This document shows positions 37,443 through 49,730 of a stretch of DNA of 64,000 nucleotides, piece after piece. A program made the position numbers and the translations under genes. How positions within the stretch are numbered: position 1 is the stretch's first letter; each line of letters begins with the position of its first letter. Source of the DNA: Octopus sinensis (taxonomy: Eukaryota); contig NC_043001.1 of assembly GCF_006345805.1 (NCBI RefSeq), forward strand, positions 11,160,001 through 11,224,000. The letters run 5' to 3'. The notes below the pieces were generated by a model. The model was not told the origin of the DNA and did not search any database. It saw only the letters and a list, made by a program, of their open reading frames with translations.

Positions 37443-37995
37443 TATAATAATAATAATAATGAAATTGTTGTATACAGTGCTCAGGTGCACCACAACTTGT
37501 CAAAAGTGCGTATAAAGCATGTGCAGTAATGTACAAATGTCTGGAGAGTGAGCAGTGTATGAGTCAGATACATGCTTGCGTGTGTATGGAGGGAAGAAAA
37601 TCAGGTGTAGTGTTGGCGAATCTCAGGAAGCATGGAAGTTTTGAAGGATGCAGAGCTCTGACAACTAACAACTGATGCTGGCAGTTTGTTCCATGCTTCA
37701 GCGACTCTTAGCGTGAAAAAAAGTTTCCGAAAGTCATGGGAGCTGTGCTGTTTTCTGACTTTGTAAACATGTCCACAGGTGTTAGACAGGTGGAGTTTGA
37801 AAAGGTGCTCAGAGTTATTGCTTGTAAGATAGTTAATAATTTTATGGGTGTCTGCCAAGTCAGCTGCCAGATGTCGGAGTTTCAATGTATCCATACCAAG
37901 GGAAGTAAGGCGTTCAGAATATGGCAAATGCCTGATGGAGGGTATTCTCTTGAATGCCTGATGGAGGGTATTCTCTTGAATGCCTGATGGAGGGC
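37443..37995 (-). mobile_element. CR1-type LINE 3' end with UTR and (ATT)n tail
   Basis: LPYSERLTSLGMDTL ... FFTLRVAEAWNKLPASVVS..SSASFK; 26-bp triplication at 37925-37995. Confidence 0.85.
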
Positions 37996-38198
37996 ATATG
38001 TTTCTGAACAGTTTCCAGATCAATCAAACCCATTTCAGTAAACAGATAGAAGGGCTTTCTAAGTTCTTTAGCTTCAAACATTTTCTCTCAAATTAACTTT
38101 GCTTCAGGCTAACAAAGAAGCCACTTCTGAACTGCGGCTACCGGGGCAACATGCGACCCTCAAGCATCCTTCTGGCGGCCCTCAACCATCTTCCCTCT

Positions 38199-38419
38199 AT
38201 ACTCTCTTTATTCTTTTACTTGTTTCAGTTATTTGACTGTGGCCATGCTGGAGCATTGCCTTTAGTCGATCGAGCAAATCGACCCCAGGACTTATTCTTT
38301 GAATGCCTAGTACTTATTCTATTGTTCTCTTTTGGCGAACCACTAAGTTACGGAGATGTAAACACACCAGCATCGGTTGTCAAGTGATGTTGGGGAGACA
38401 AACACAGACAAACAAACAT

Positions 38420-38460
<41 letters not shown>

Positions 38461-38622
38461 CGATGGGCTTCTTTCAGTTTCCATCTACCAAATCCACTCA
38501 CAAGGCTTTGGTCAGTTCCAGGCTATAGTAGAAGACACTTGCCCGAGGTGCCACGTAGTGGGACTGAACCTGGAACCATGTGGTTGGTAAGCAATTACTT
38601 ACCACACAGCCACTCCTGTGCC
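38199..38622 (-). mobile_element. SINE family 1, full length
   Basis: Complete consensus structure. Confidence 0.9.
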
Positions 38623-39261
38623 TATAAATATAAATTTTGTTTAGTTGACTTGTGTTTTCCTTTTATGTTACTGCTCACCTAAGAAAATTCAGGTTTGGGG
38701 GTCTGGCCTGGATATTACAAAGGTCAAGAACCTCTGCTCTATGCAGTAACTTGACTTGTTAGAAATAGCAGCCAAATCATTTTCGAATCACACCCAGCTG
38801 TCTTCGAAGCATAAAGGACACTTTGCAATTAAACTTTGAAACTTGTAGGTTTATAAATGATTTGGTGATATTTTATGGGCCAACATTTAAGAAAACAGAC
38901 ACAAGTGAGAGATGTCTTCTGTCACAAATGTACAATCTCCAAATCTGTCTTTCCCATATAATTTATATCTGTCTAATTCTTCAGCTTTATTTCCTTGGCC
39001 TTCACTGTTTCTTTCTTTCTGTCTTTTTCTCAGTTTTTTTTTTTTTTTTTTCTTCTTCATTCACTTTCCTCTGTATAACATAAATAACATAAAACTGCAA
39101 TATGTGACAACAGCATACTGACAGGGACATCGCAACCAAGTCGTTCAAACTGTTTCCGATAGAAGCAAAATTTCTGTCAAAATCCTTTGAACTAGCTACA
39201 AACCAGCCTCCTAGCATATAAAAAAAGAACATATCGGACATACTCTGTGTGTGTGTGTGTA

Positions 39262-39297
<36 letters not shown>

Positions 39298-39301
<4 letters not shown>

Positions 39302-39717
39302 GGCAAGTGAGGATCAGAATCGAAATCGATCAATGGAAATCGATCAATGGAAATTGCAGATGTGTTACCAGTGCCGGTGGCATGTAAGAGAACTTTCCGT
39401 TTCGCGACCGTTGCCAGCACCGCCCCGTTTCGTGTCCGTTGCCAGCCTCGCCTGGCCCTCGTGCCGGTGGCACATAAAAAGCACCATCCGTTCGTGGCCG
39501 TTTGCCAGCTCTGTCTGGCACCAGTGCGGGTGGCACGTAAAAAGCACCCACTACACTCACGGAGTGGTTGGCGTTAGGAAGGGCATCCAGCCGTAGAAAC
39601 ACTGCCAGATTTGACTGGGCCTGATGAAGCCTTCTGGCTTCACAGACCCCAGTAGAACCGTCCAACCCATGCTAGCATGGAAAACGGACGCTAAATGATG
39701 ATGATGATGATGATGAT
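39298..39717 (+). mobile_element. RTE LINE 3' UTR fragment
   Basis: Consensus match, (GAT)n, (TA)n flanks. Confidence 0.88.
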
Positions 39718-39739
39718 ATATATATATATATATATATAT

Positions 39740-39776
<37 letters not shown>

Positions 39777-39931
39777 AGAGATGAGAATCAGATATTCTGC
39801 ATGTAGAATGCACTTAATAGTGCTCAAGAGGTTTAAACTCAAGCAGGTAGAGGAGTAAATGAAAGAACAAGCAAATTAGGCAGGTCAATATACAAAAAAT
39901 ATTAAATACAACAAAGTATGAAAATATATAT

Positions 39932-39963
<32 letters not shown>

Positions 39964-40071
39964 CATAAATGTATGAATGTAATTACATACATACAACATG
40001 TATGCATACATATATTCATACATAAATACATACATACATACATCTCGGCCGATGCACAGATTTCTTAGCGC

Positions 40072-40438
40072 ATGAAAAGCACCATCCGAACGTGGCCGAT
40101 GCCAGCACCGCCCCGACTGGCTTCTGTGCCGATGGCACATAAAAAGCACCATCCGAACGTGGCCGTTCCCAGCCTCGCCTGGCTCCCATGCCGGTGGCAC
40201 ATAAAAAGCACCATCCGATCGTGGCCGTTTGCCAGACTCGTCTGGTGGCACGTAAAAAGCACCCACTACACTCACGGAGTGGTTGGCATTAGGAAGGGCA
40301 TCCATCCAGCTGTAGAAACTCTGCCAGATCAAGATTGGAGCCTAGTGCAGCCTTCTGGCTTCCCAGATCCCAGTTGAACCGTCCAACCCATGCTAGCATG
40401 GAAAGCGGATGCTAAACGATGATGATGATGATGATGAT
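40072..40438 (+). mobile_element. RTE LINE 3' UTR fragment
   Basis: Three internal repeats, consensus end, (GAT)n. Confidence 0.88.
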
Positions 40439-40453
40439 ATATATATATATATA

Positions 40454-40742
40454 CATATCAAAAATAAGTAACAAGGATATTCAGAGGTAATGCAGTACAA
40501 TCGTTTCATGTGACTCCATTTAATTGAACAATGCAAATATTACATCAATTTTAAAATGTAGAGCATTTAAAATGTATACAAGTGAATCCTTTGAATTTAA
40601 CTAAATTCTATATTTTTATGCAGCTGAAGATTGCTTTACATTTTAAAATTGATGTAATATTTGCATTGTTCAATTAAATGGAGTCGCATGAAACAATCGT
40701 ACTGCATTACCTCTGGATATCCTTGTTACTTATTTTTGATTG
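40454..40742. mobile_element. MITE with ~115-bp TIRs and TA flanks (Tc1/mariner-like)
   Basis: ATCAAAAATAAGTAACAAGGATAT... mirrored at the right end; TA on both sides. Confidence 0.8.
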
Positions 40743-41149
40743 TAATCACCCCATTTTGAATTATATGGATAATACCATACTAAATTCTGGTGCATTTAAC
40801 TTAAGTACCATTTTCAACTGAATCTATATATATATATACATATGTACTTTCATTCATATATACATACATATATACACAAGCACACACACATATATACACA
40901 CATACATACATTCATCCATACATACATACATGCACACATGCATGCATGCATGTATGTTAACAGACGAACCAACATGATAGCAGAAAGTGGGATAGAGGGC
41001 AACAGCATCAAACCCCTTCGCTCACCAAATGCCAACTATTAAAAGAAGATTAATGAAGGTGTAGCAACACCAGTCGATGGTGCCCCGGCATGGCCACTGC
41101 ACTTCAGCTGGAACAAGTAAAAGATAGACAGACAGATATTATGTAGAAA

Positions 41150-41313
41150 GGCACAGGAGTGGCTGTGTGGTAAGTAGCTTGCTTACCAACCACATGGTTC
41201 TGGGTTCAGTCCCACTGCATGGCACCTTGGAGAAGTGTCTTCGACTATAGCCTCGGGCTGACCAAAGCCTTATGAGTGGATTTGGTAGACAGAAACTGAA
41301 AGAAGCCTGTCGT
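41150..41313 (+). mobile_element. SINE family 1, head and core only
   Basis: Consensus match. Confidence 0.85.
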
Positions 41314-41317
41314 GTGT

Positions 41318-41353
<36 letters not shown>

Positions 41354-41355
41354 AT

Positions 41356-41389
<34 letters not shown>

Positions 41390-41393
<4 letters not shown>

Positions 41394-41878
41394 TCATCAT
41401 CATCGTTTAACGTCCGATTTCCATGCTAGCATGGGTTGGACGATTTGACTGAGGACTGGCGAACCAGATGGATGCACCAGGCTCCAATCTTGATCTGGCA
41501 GAGTTTCTACAGCTGGATGCCCTTCCTAACAGCAACCACTCTGAGAGTGTAGTGGCTGCTTTTTAATTGCCACCGGCATGGGGGCCAGTCAGGCGGTACT
41601 GGCAATGACTTTGCTGGAATCTTTTTACACATGCCACCGGCACAAGTACCAGTAAGGCGATGCTGGTAACGATCATGCTCGAATGGTGCCCTTTTACGTG
41701 CCACCGGCACGGAAGCCAGTTAGCCTCTCTGGTAACGATCATGCTCGGATGGTGCTTTTGGCACCCTACTAGCACGGGCACAAGTGCCAGTAAGGCGACA
41801 CTGGTAACGATCACACTCGAATGGTACCTTCTATGCACCACTGGCACAGAAGTCACTTAGCCACTCTGTCAACGATGA
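41390..41878 (-). mobile_element. RTE-type 3' UTR, subfamily 2
   Basis: (ATC)n tail; variant repeats GGTAACGATCA.GCTCGAATGG. Confidence 0.8.
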
Positions 41879-42254
41879 CGTATATATATATATGTATATA
41901 AATCTTTAGTTAAATATATTCAATGAGAATATTCTATACTGAATTTATATTGAGTGCTCTATTGTGTCAACGTATTAATACTATTAAAGTATTTATATAT
42001 TTAATATTTATATATTTAACACGAGTGATTATAAATATTTTATAACATATTATTATTGATATCAGGAAATCAATATTAGAAAATTCTTCAGAAGATTGTA
42101 AGGTGCTTTAAAAACTTAATTCAAATCTTTTAAACTGTCATATACATTATATATTTATACTTATACATATTTATATATATTTTGATATATATTTATATTT
42201 TTAATACAACAATTATTTTACACACGTATATATCTTTCTGAAGAATTTTTTACT

Positions 42255-42652
42255 GGCACTTGTGTTCGTGCTAGTAAGGTGCCAAGAGCATCATCCAAGT
42301 ATGATCGTTGTCAGAGCAGCCAACTGGCTTCTGTGCCGGTGGCACGTAAAAGGGCAACATTCAAGCGTGATCATTACCAACATTGCCTTACTGGCACCTG
42401 TGCTGGTGGCATGTGTAAAAAGATTCGAGCGAGGTCATTGCCAGTACCTCCTGACTGGCCCCCATGCTGGTTGCACGTAAAAAGCACCCACTACACTCTC
42501 AGAGTGGTTGGCATTAGGAAGGGCATCCAGCACTAGAAACTCTGCCAGATCAAGACTGGAGCCTGGTGCATCCACCTGGTTCGCCAGCCCTCAGTCAAAA
42601 TCGTCCAACCCATGCTAGCCTGGAAAGCACGTTAAACGATGATGATGAGGAA
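42255..42652 (+). mobile_element. RTE-type 3' UTR, subfamily 2
   Basis: Reverse-complement match to 41390-41878. Confidence 0.8.
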
Positions 42653-42739
42653 GAGGATTTCCTGATATTAATAATAATAACAACATATTATTAAAATATA
42701 TATATATATAAGTTTTTATGTATGTATGTATTTGTATGT

Positions 42740-42935
42740 TTCTGTTTGTCACCCTACCAGCACTTGACAATCAAAGTCAGTGTGTTTACGTTCCCATAAC
42801 TTAATGATTCAGCCAAAGAGACTGATAGAATAAGTACTAGGTTTACAAAGAATAAATCCTGGGGTCAATTTGTTCGACTAAAGGTGGTGCTCCAGCATGG
42901 CCACAATCAAATGCCTGAAACAAATAAAAAGAAAA
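42740..42935 (+). mobile_element. SINE family 1, 3' half
   Basis: Consensus tail. Confidence 0.75.
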
Positions 42936-42949
42936 AAAATCAAAGAAAA

Positions 42950-43112
42950 TCATCATCATCATCATCGTTTAACATCCATTTTCCATGCTGGCATGGGTTG
43001 GATGGTTCGACCGAGGTCTGGTAAGCCAGGAGGCTGCACCAGGCTCCAGTCTGATCTGGCAGTGTTTCTACAGCTGGATGCCCTTCCTAACGCCAACCAC
43101 TCTGAGAGTGTA
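42950..43112 (-). mobile_element. RTE LINE 3' tip
   Basis: Consensus match. Confidence 0.8.
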
Positions 43113-43366
43113 GGCAATATTTATATATATATATATATATGTACATACAAGCATATAAGAGATGGTCATAATAGGACATCTGACTCACCAGAAAGAGCAG
43201 TTAAACTCCAAACCACTAATAGTTGTAATTCTGAAATGGGAAGAGAAATAAAAACGTTTACCCTTTCCTTTCTGGACTATGCATAGTTTCGGCAATCTTT
43301 CGTAAATATACATATATAATATATATATATATGGAGGTTCTGTCTCTTAACTCTCTCTCTCTCTCT

Positions 43367-43411
<45 letters not shown>

Positions 43412-43437
43412 AATTAAAAAATTTATCATTATTATTA

Positions 43438-43816
43438 TTGCTTGGGTTTGTAAGGGAAATAACTATATAAGCATTTTTAGAGATGTAAAGTATAATAGCC
43501 ATCTCAATATGGCTAACCACAAAGGGGTGGGGGGTTACTGTAGCTTTTTACGTTCTGAGATTTAATAATAAATTTTTAGAGAGTTACTTCCCTTATATAT
43601 GCCAAAAATGCATTAAAAATGGAAAAAATTGATGGTAAATTTTTTTTTAAATCGTAGACTCATCGTAGACGCGCGCTAATACCCAGAAGGGCTCGATATG
43701 AATCACGACTATAAGATACCCGGTTTTGGTTAAACTGCACCGCAAAATGTGGGAGTAGTTAGGAATCTAAATCGTAGGAGACAGACAGCACACAACCTCT
43801 CTTTTATATATAAAGA
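43438..43816 (-). mobile_element. Helitron family A, CTAG end missing
   Basis: Reverse complement of 31769-32150. Confidence 0.85.
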
Positions 43817-44458
43817 TATATATATATAACGTGTGTATATGTATGTAATTATATATGTACCTATATGTATGGTGAGATGACTTGGAACTTTTTGCAAAGC
43901 TGTATGATAAACAACAGTGCCATCATCATCGCCACCACATCTTCCGCGCACACACCATTCAGACTTCTGATGCCACCATCATCAATACCTTTTCTTTCGC
44001 TGCCTTCCCCTCCATCACCACTTCCACTGTCTTTCACATCACGCACTATCACCGTCATCCCTCACCACCACCACCATCATCACTGCCACCTCCACCTCTC
44101 TCACAACTACACCTCATACCATTACTATCACCCCCATTACCATCACTAAAAAGGCTAAACGTGTCAGTAAAAGAATTGTGTTCAGTATGTTGGTTCAGTG
44201 TTCAGTCCCTCTTTCTCTCTCATGACCACTCTTTCTCTCTCTCTCTCTCTTATTATTACTCCTACTGCCACCATCAACACTCACACTTTTAATAAAAACA
44301 TCATCAACTCTCCCTAAATTTCTTTGTCTCTCTTTCTCCCCCTCTCTTTTCCTTTCTCTCTCTCTCTGCGTGTCTTCACCACCACCATCACCGTCTCTAT
44401 GCCTACTATTACTCTCACCCCAGTACGGTAAAGGGATGTTAAATAATGATCATATATA

Positions 44459-44793
44459 TGTGGCATCTTGGGCAAATGTCTTCTGCTATAGCCCTGGGCC
44501 GACCAATGCCTTGTGAGTGGATTTGGTAGACGGAAACTGAAAGAAGCCTGTCGTATATATGTATATATATATGTGTGTGTATGTATATGTTTGTGTGTCT
44601 GTGTTTGTCCCTCTAGCATTGCTTGACAACTGATGCTGGTGTGTTTACGTCCCTGTCACTTAGCGGTTCGGCAAAAGAAACCGATAGAATAAGTACTGGG
44701 CTTACAAAGTATAAGTCCCAGAGTCGATTTGTTCGACTAAAGGCGGTGCTCCAGCATGGCCGCAGTCAAATGACTGAAACAAGTAAAAGAGTA
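44459..44793 (+). mobile_element. SINE family 1, 5'-truncated
   Basis: Consensus match. Confidence 0.88.
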
Positions 44794-45315
44794 TATATAT
44801 GACAATAAATGCGAAAGCTAATTTCTGTGTGTCAGTGTGTCACACTTCGCCCCCCCCCATCTCTCACTATTCATTGACACTCCTACTATTCATGTGTGTG
44901 TTTATGTAACCTAGCAGTTCGACTAACGGAGTGATAGAATACATATCAAATTTCAAAAGAACAAAACAGTACCGGAGTCGATTCGTTTAACTAAATCCTT
45001 CCCAGTAGTGCTCCAGCATGGCCTCAGTCCAATGACTGGAACTGATAAAAGATGTGTGTGCGCGCGTGCGTGTGAGTATGTAGTGCCCGCGTGTTTGTAT
45101 CATGCATGCATGTATGCATCTACACTTGTGTGTGTGTGTGTGTGTGTGTTATATATATATATACGCAAGTATGTGTATATGTATTATCTATATGCTTATG
45201 TGTGTGTGTGCGCTCGCACCTCGGTATCATGCGTGTAAATATCTATATATTTGTGTATGTTTTAATATATAATATGTAGATATACACACATACATATATA
45301 TATCTATATAATATA

Positions 45316-45413
<98 letters not shown>

Positions 45414-45718
45414 CGCACGTCTGTGTATATGTATTATTTGTATTTTGTGTGTGTGTGTGTATATGTGGCATATTTACTAAAATGTCATTTATCCATCGTT
45501 AACGCCAATATAGGAGACACTGTCTGATTCCACTCCACTCTCGCATCCACTTCGCTGTCGCTCAAGCACCTTTCTCCCTGCCTCTATTTCTTCTAAGGGA
45601 GATTATTTGCTGTCTGGTCTAATAGGAATTATTTCCCTTAAACCGTTTTATTTCGGCTTAAAAAACAACGACCTATCTCCCTTAAAAATAACACATTTCT
45701 AGTTTTTCTTTCTCATAT

Positions 45719-45932
45719 TACTCTTTTTACTCTTTTACTTGTTTCAGTCATTTGACTGCGGCCATGCTGGAGCACCGCCTTTAGTCGAGCAACTCGACCC
45801 CGGGACTTATTCTTTGAAAGCCCAGTACTTATTCTATTGGTCTCTTTTGCCGAACCGCTAAGTGACGGGGACGTAAACACACCAGCATCGGTTGTCAAGC
45901 AATGCTAGAGAGACAAACACAGACAACCATAT

Positions 45933-45978
<46 letters not shown>

Positions 45979-46112
45979 GACAGGCTCCCAAATCCACTCA
46001 CAAGGCTTTGGTCGGCCCAAGGCTATAGCAGAAAACATTTGCCCAAGATGCCACGCAGTGGGACTGAACCCGGAACCATGTGGCTGGTTAGCAAGCTACT
46101 TATCACACAGCC
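45719..46112 (-). mobile_element. SINE family 1 with small internal deletion
   Basis: Consensus match. Confidence 0.88.
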
Positions 46113-46134
46113 TATTTATATCATATTATTTTTT

Positions 46135-46222
46135 ATTCATGTCACTGCCTAGAGTCGAACTCGGAATCTTGGGGTTGGTAGCCCGCGCTCTTAACCACTA
46201 TACCATATTTGCCCGTAGGCAA
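46135..46222 (-). other. tRNA-like A/B-box head of the hammerhead cassette
   Basis: Minus: TGGTATAGTGGTTAAGAGCGCGGGCTACCAACCCCAAGATTCCGAGTTCGACTCT. Confidence 0.8.
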
Positions 46223-46287
46223 TTATGGAGTGAATTTTAGGGTTTATAATTCTAATATTCTCCTATTCCATCCTTAATACCGATTTC

Positions 46288-46515
46288 TTTACTATCCACA
46301 AGGGGCTAAACACAGAGGGGACAAACAAGGACAGACAAAGGGATTAAGTCGATTACATCGACCCCAGTGCGTAACTGGTATTTATTTAATCGACCCCGAA
46401 AGGATGAAAGGCGAAGTCGACCTCGGCGGTATTTGAACTCAGAACGTAACGGCAGACGAAATACGGCTACGCATTTCGCCCGGCGTGCTAACGTTTCTGC
46501 CAGCTCACCGCCTTT
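46288..46515 (-). mobile_element. SINE family 2, monomer, nested in PLE 3' end
   Basis: TSD CTTAATACCG at 46273-46282 and 46516-46525. Confidence 0.9.
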
Positions 46516-46900
46516 CTTAATACCGGTTCCCATATGCTATTCATATCTGCACTCGGTCTACGTAGGAGATTGTTGTGTCCTAGGATATGTGCTGCTTCTT
46601 TTAGTTTTCGTATTTTCCAGTGGTGTTCTCTGTCTATTATTTTAACTTCATCCCACAGGGGGAGGTGGTCTCCATTTTTCCATACATGATCAGCTATACC
46701 CAATTTATCAATATCTCCTCATGTCACAGCTTTGCGATGTTCCTCTACCCTTATTTTGAGAGGGCAGCATGTTTCGCCTTTGTATAACCTACCACAGCTG
46801 CATGGGATGGAGTACACAGAGTCTTTGGTCATATTCTCTTCTATTGATGGTTTTACACGATGGAGATATTTGCAAAGTATTGTATCCTCAGTTTTGTCAT
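46516..46900 (-). pseudogene. Penelope-like GIY-YIG endonuclease remnant (second PLE family)
   Basis: VYSIPCSCGRLYKGETCCPLKIRVEEH ... IADHVW ... EVKIIDREHHWKIRKLKEAAHI ... WEPVLR. Confidence 0.88.
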
Positions 46901-47129
46901 GCTTCTAGATGTCTATCTCGGCTGATACTGGGAAGTCAAACTCAATGAGGTTACTGCTTTAACCCTCATACGATCTGCAAATGGTTAATTACATTACATT
47001 TGATGGTAAGTTTCCAGCTGGAAGGCACTTGACCTGAGCTGCAATTAAGAATCCTTCACTTTCAGCTTAAATCCATCTTAATTTTATAACCCTTTTTGTT
47101 ACCATATTACTGTTAGAATACACTGCCCT

Positions 47130-47960
47130 TCATCATTATTATCATCATCGTCATTTAACGTCCGCTTTCCATGCTGGCATGGGTTGGACAGTTTGACTGC
47201 TAACTGGCAAACCAGGAGGCTGCACCAAGCTCCAATCTGATCTGACAAGGTTTCTTATTTCTTTATTGCCCACAAGGGGCTAAACATAGAGGGGACAAAC
47301 AAGGACAGACAAACGGATTAAGTCGATTACATCGACCCCAGTATGTAACTGGTGCTTAATTTATCGACCTGGAAAGGATGAAAGGCAAAGTCGACCTCGG
47401 CGGAATTTGATCTCAGAACATAATGGCAGACGAAATACCTATTTCTTTACTACCCACAAGGGGCTACACACAGACAGGTCAAACAAGGACAGACAAAGGC
47501 ATTAAGTCGATTACATCGACCCCAGTGCGTAACTGGTGCTTAATTTATCGACACGGAAAGGATGAAAGGCAAAGTCAACCTCGGCGGAATTTGATCTCAG
47601 AACGTAATGGCAGACGAAATACCTATTTCTTTACTACCCAAAAGGGGCTACACACAGAGAGGTCAAACAAGGACAGACAAAGGGATTAAGTCGATTACAT
47701 CGACCCCAGTGCGTAACTGCTGCTTAATTTATCGACCCCGAAAGGATGAAAGGCAAAGTCGACCTTGGCGGAATTTGATCTCAGAACGTAACAGCAAACG
47801 AAATACCGGAAAGCATTTCGCCTGGCGTGCTAACATTTCTGCCAGCTTGCCGACTTATCTGACAAGGTTTCTATGGCTGGATGCTCTTCCTAATGCCAAC
47901 CACTCTGAGAGTATAGTAGGTGCTTTTTACATGGCACCAACATCAGGGGGCACTGGCATC
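47130..47960 (-). mobile_element. RTE 3' end interrupted by SINE family 2 trimer (47256-47856)
   Basis: 16-bp TSD ATCTGACAAGGTTTCT at 47240-47255 and 47857-47872. Confidence 0.9.
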
Positions 47961-47976
47961 AGGTGATACAAAAATA

Positions 47977-48400
47977 ATGAAGAATTTAATAAAATAACTT
48001 TGTCCATATTCAGGTAGTCTTTAAAACATAAATTAACATGAAATTTTAATTAGAATATTTTAATTTAGATTGCTTTAATACTTTCACCATATTTCTGCTA
48101 AACTACGTCATTGAAATACACTTTTAATTAATTTTTAAAATGATGAAGAATTTAATAAAATCACTCTTTAAGATGGCATTTGAAACATCAATTAACATGA
48201 AATTTTAATGGAATATTTTAATTTAGACCTCTTTAATATTTTTCTTACCATATTTCTGTTAAAACACACTTCAAAAATGTAAGATTACACTTTTAATTAA
48301 TTTTAAATTGATGAAGAATTTAATAGCTTTGGCCTTATTTGGATGGTGTTTTAAAGTTAAATCATTGAGAAGTTGTTATTAAAAAGTTTTCATTTAAATC
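47977..48400. repeat. Degenerate AT-rich tandem repeat, ~167-bp period, about 2.5 units
   Basis: ATGAAGAATTTAATA at 47977, 48143, 48311. Confidence 0.8.
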
Positions 48401-48571
48401 ACTTTGAACAAGATTTATGTATGAAGCAGAGATGGTCTCAGATGGATTGGTATCAAAAGGGCTAAGGATCTTTTGTCTACCCACTTTTCTATCTTCACAG
48501 CTTACCCCAGTAACAGCTCCCTATGGAAAGCACTTGACTCTTCATGATTCCTCGGTATTTGCATGCACATG

Positions 48572-48661
48572 GGCATTTGGTGTAGTGGTTAAGAATACGG
48601 GCTACTAACCCCAAGATTCCGAGTTTGATTCCAGGCAGTGACCTGAAGAATAATGATGATG

Positions 48662-48725
<64 letters not shown>

Positions 48726-48730
48726 TAATG

Positions 48731-48779
<49 letters not shown>

Positions 48780-48871
48780 TAATGATAATAATAATAATGA
48801 TAATAATAATAATAATAATAATAATAATATATAATAATAATAACAATAATGATAATAATAATAATAATAAT

Positions 48872-48951
<80 letters not shown>

Positions 48952-49092
48952 CGTTGAAAAATACCTTAGGAATGAGAACCCAGGTTTGAAATTTCCCCAA
49001 GACACTTGATGAAGGCTGGAGGATATATCAGTCGAAACGTTGTGTTAACAGCAAACAGGATGAGGACAAATATCCATCAAATGTAAATAATG
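48572..49092 (+). mobile_element. tRNA-head/hammerhead cassette copy C (co-linear, expanded AAT/AAC spacer)
   Basis: Head, ~300 bp (AAT)/(AAC), hammerhead with C3-to-U change at 49006, TGTAAATAA end. Confidence 0.88.
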
Positions 49093-49383
49093 TATTTGTA
49101 TATCAGGGTTGCATCTAATTATCTCAATTTTGGTAACATAATGCCAGAGTCCTTAATAAATTTATCGCTTTTCAAATTCCTATATTATACAAAGTGGTAT
49201 GAAAAAATCCCTAAACTAGTTCTGTAGCACCCCAACAGATGGCAGCACATGGTTGCATGTGTAGCGGGAGGTAGCAGTGACCTCCATGAAGCAATTTACT
49301 GAGGGACACCACTGTGTTTAATTTGAAAATCGAGAAATTTTTGTTTGTGTGATCACGTGTATGTGTAGTCTGCGAGTTTTGTC

Positions 49384-49730
49384 ATGGACCAGAAGTTGGA
49401 ACAAAAGGGCCAATGCGAAATTTTGTGCTAAACTTGGGAAGTCTGCAACAGAGATATTGAGCATGCTTCAGTAATTTTACAGCACTTAGGCAATGGGTCG
49501 TACAAAGTGCTTCATGTGATATGGGCGCTTCGAAAACCGAAGAAGAACGTCCCTGGAAGACGATGAGGGATTTGGAAGATCTGCCATGACCATCATCCCT
49601 GAAAATGTGGAGAAAATTCATCAGCTTGTGCATGAGGCTTAGCTGGAGGACAATCAGTGTTTTTGCTGATATTATTGGTCTGTCATATGGGTCTGTGCAG
49701 GCAAACTTAATATCTAGATTCTTTACGACA
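49384..49730 (+). pseudogene. Mariner transposase N-terminal (HTH) remnant
   Basis: KFCAKLGKSATEILSML ... RTSLEDDEGFGRS ... PENVEKIHQLVHE, with stops and frameshift. Confidence 0.8.
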
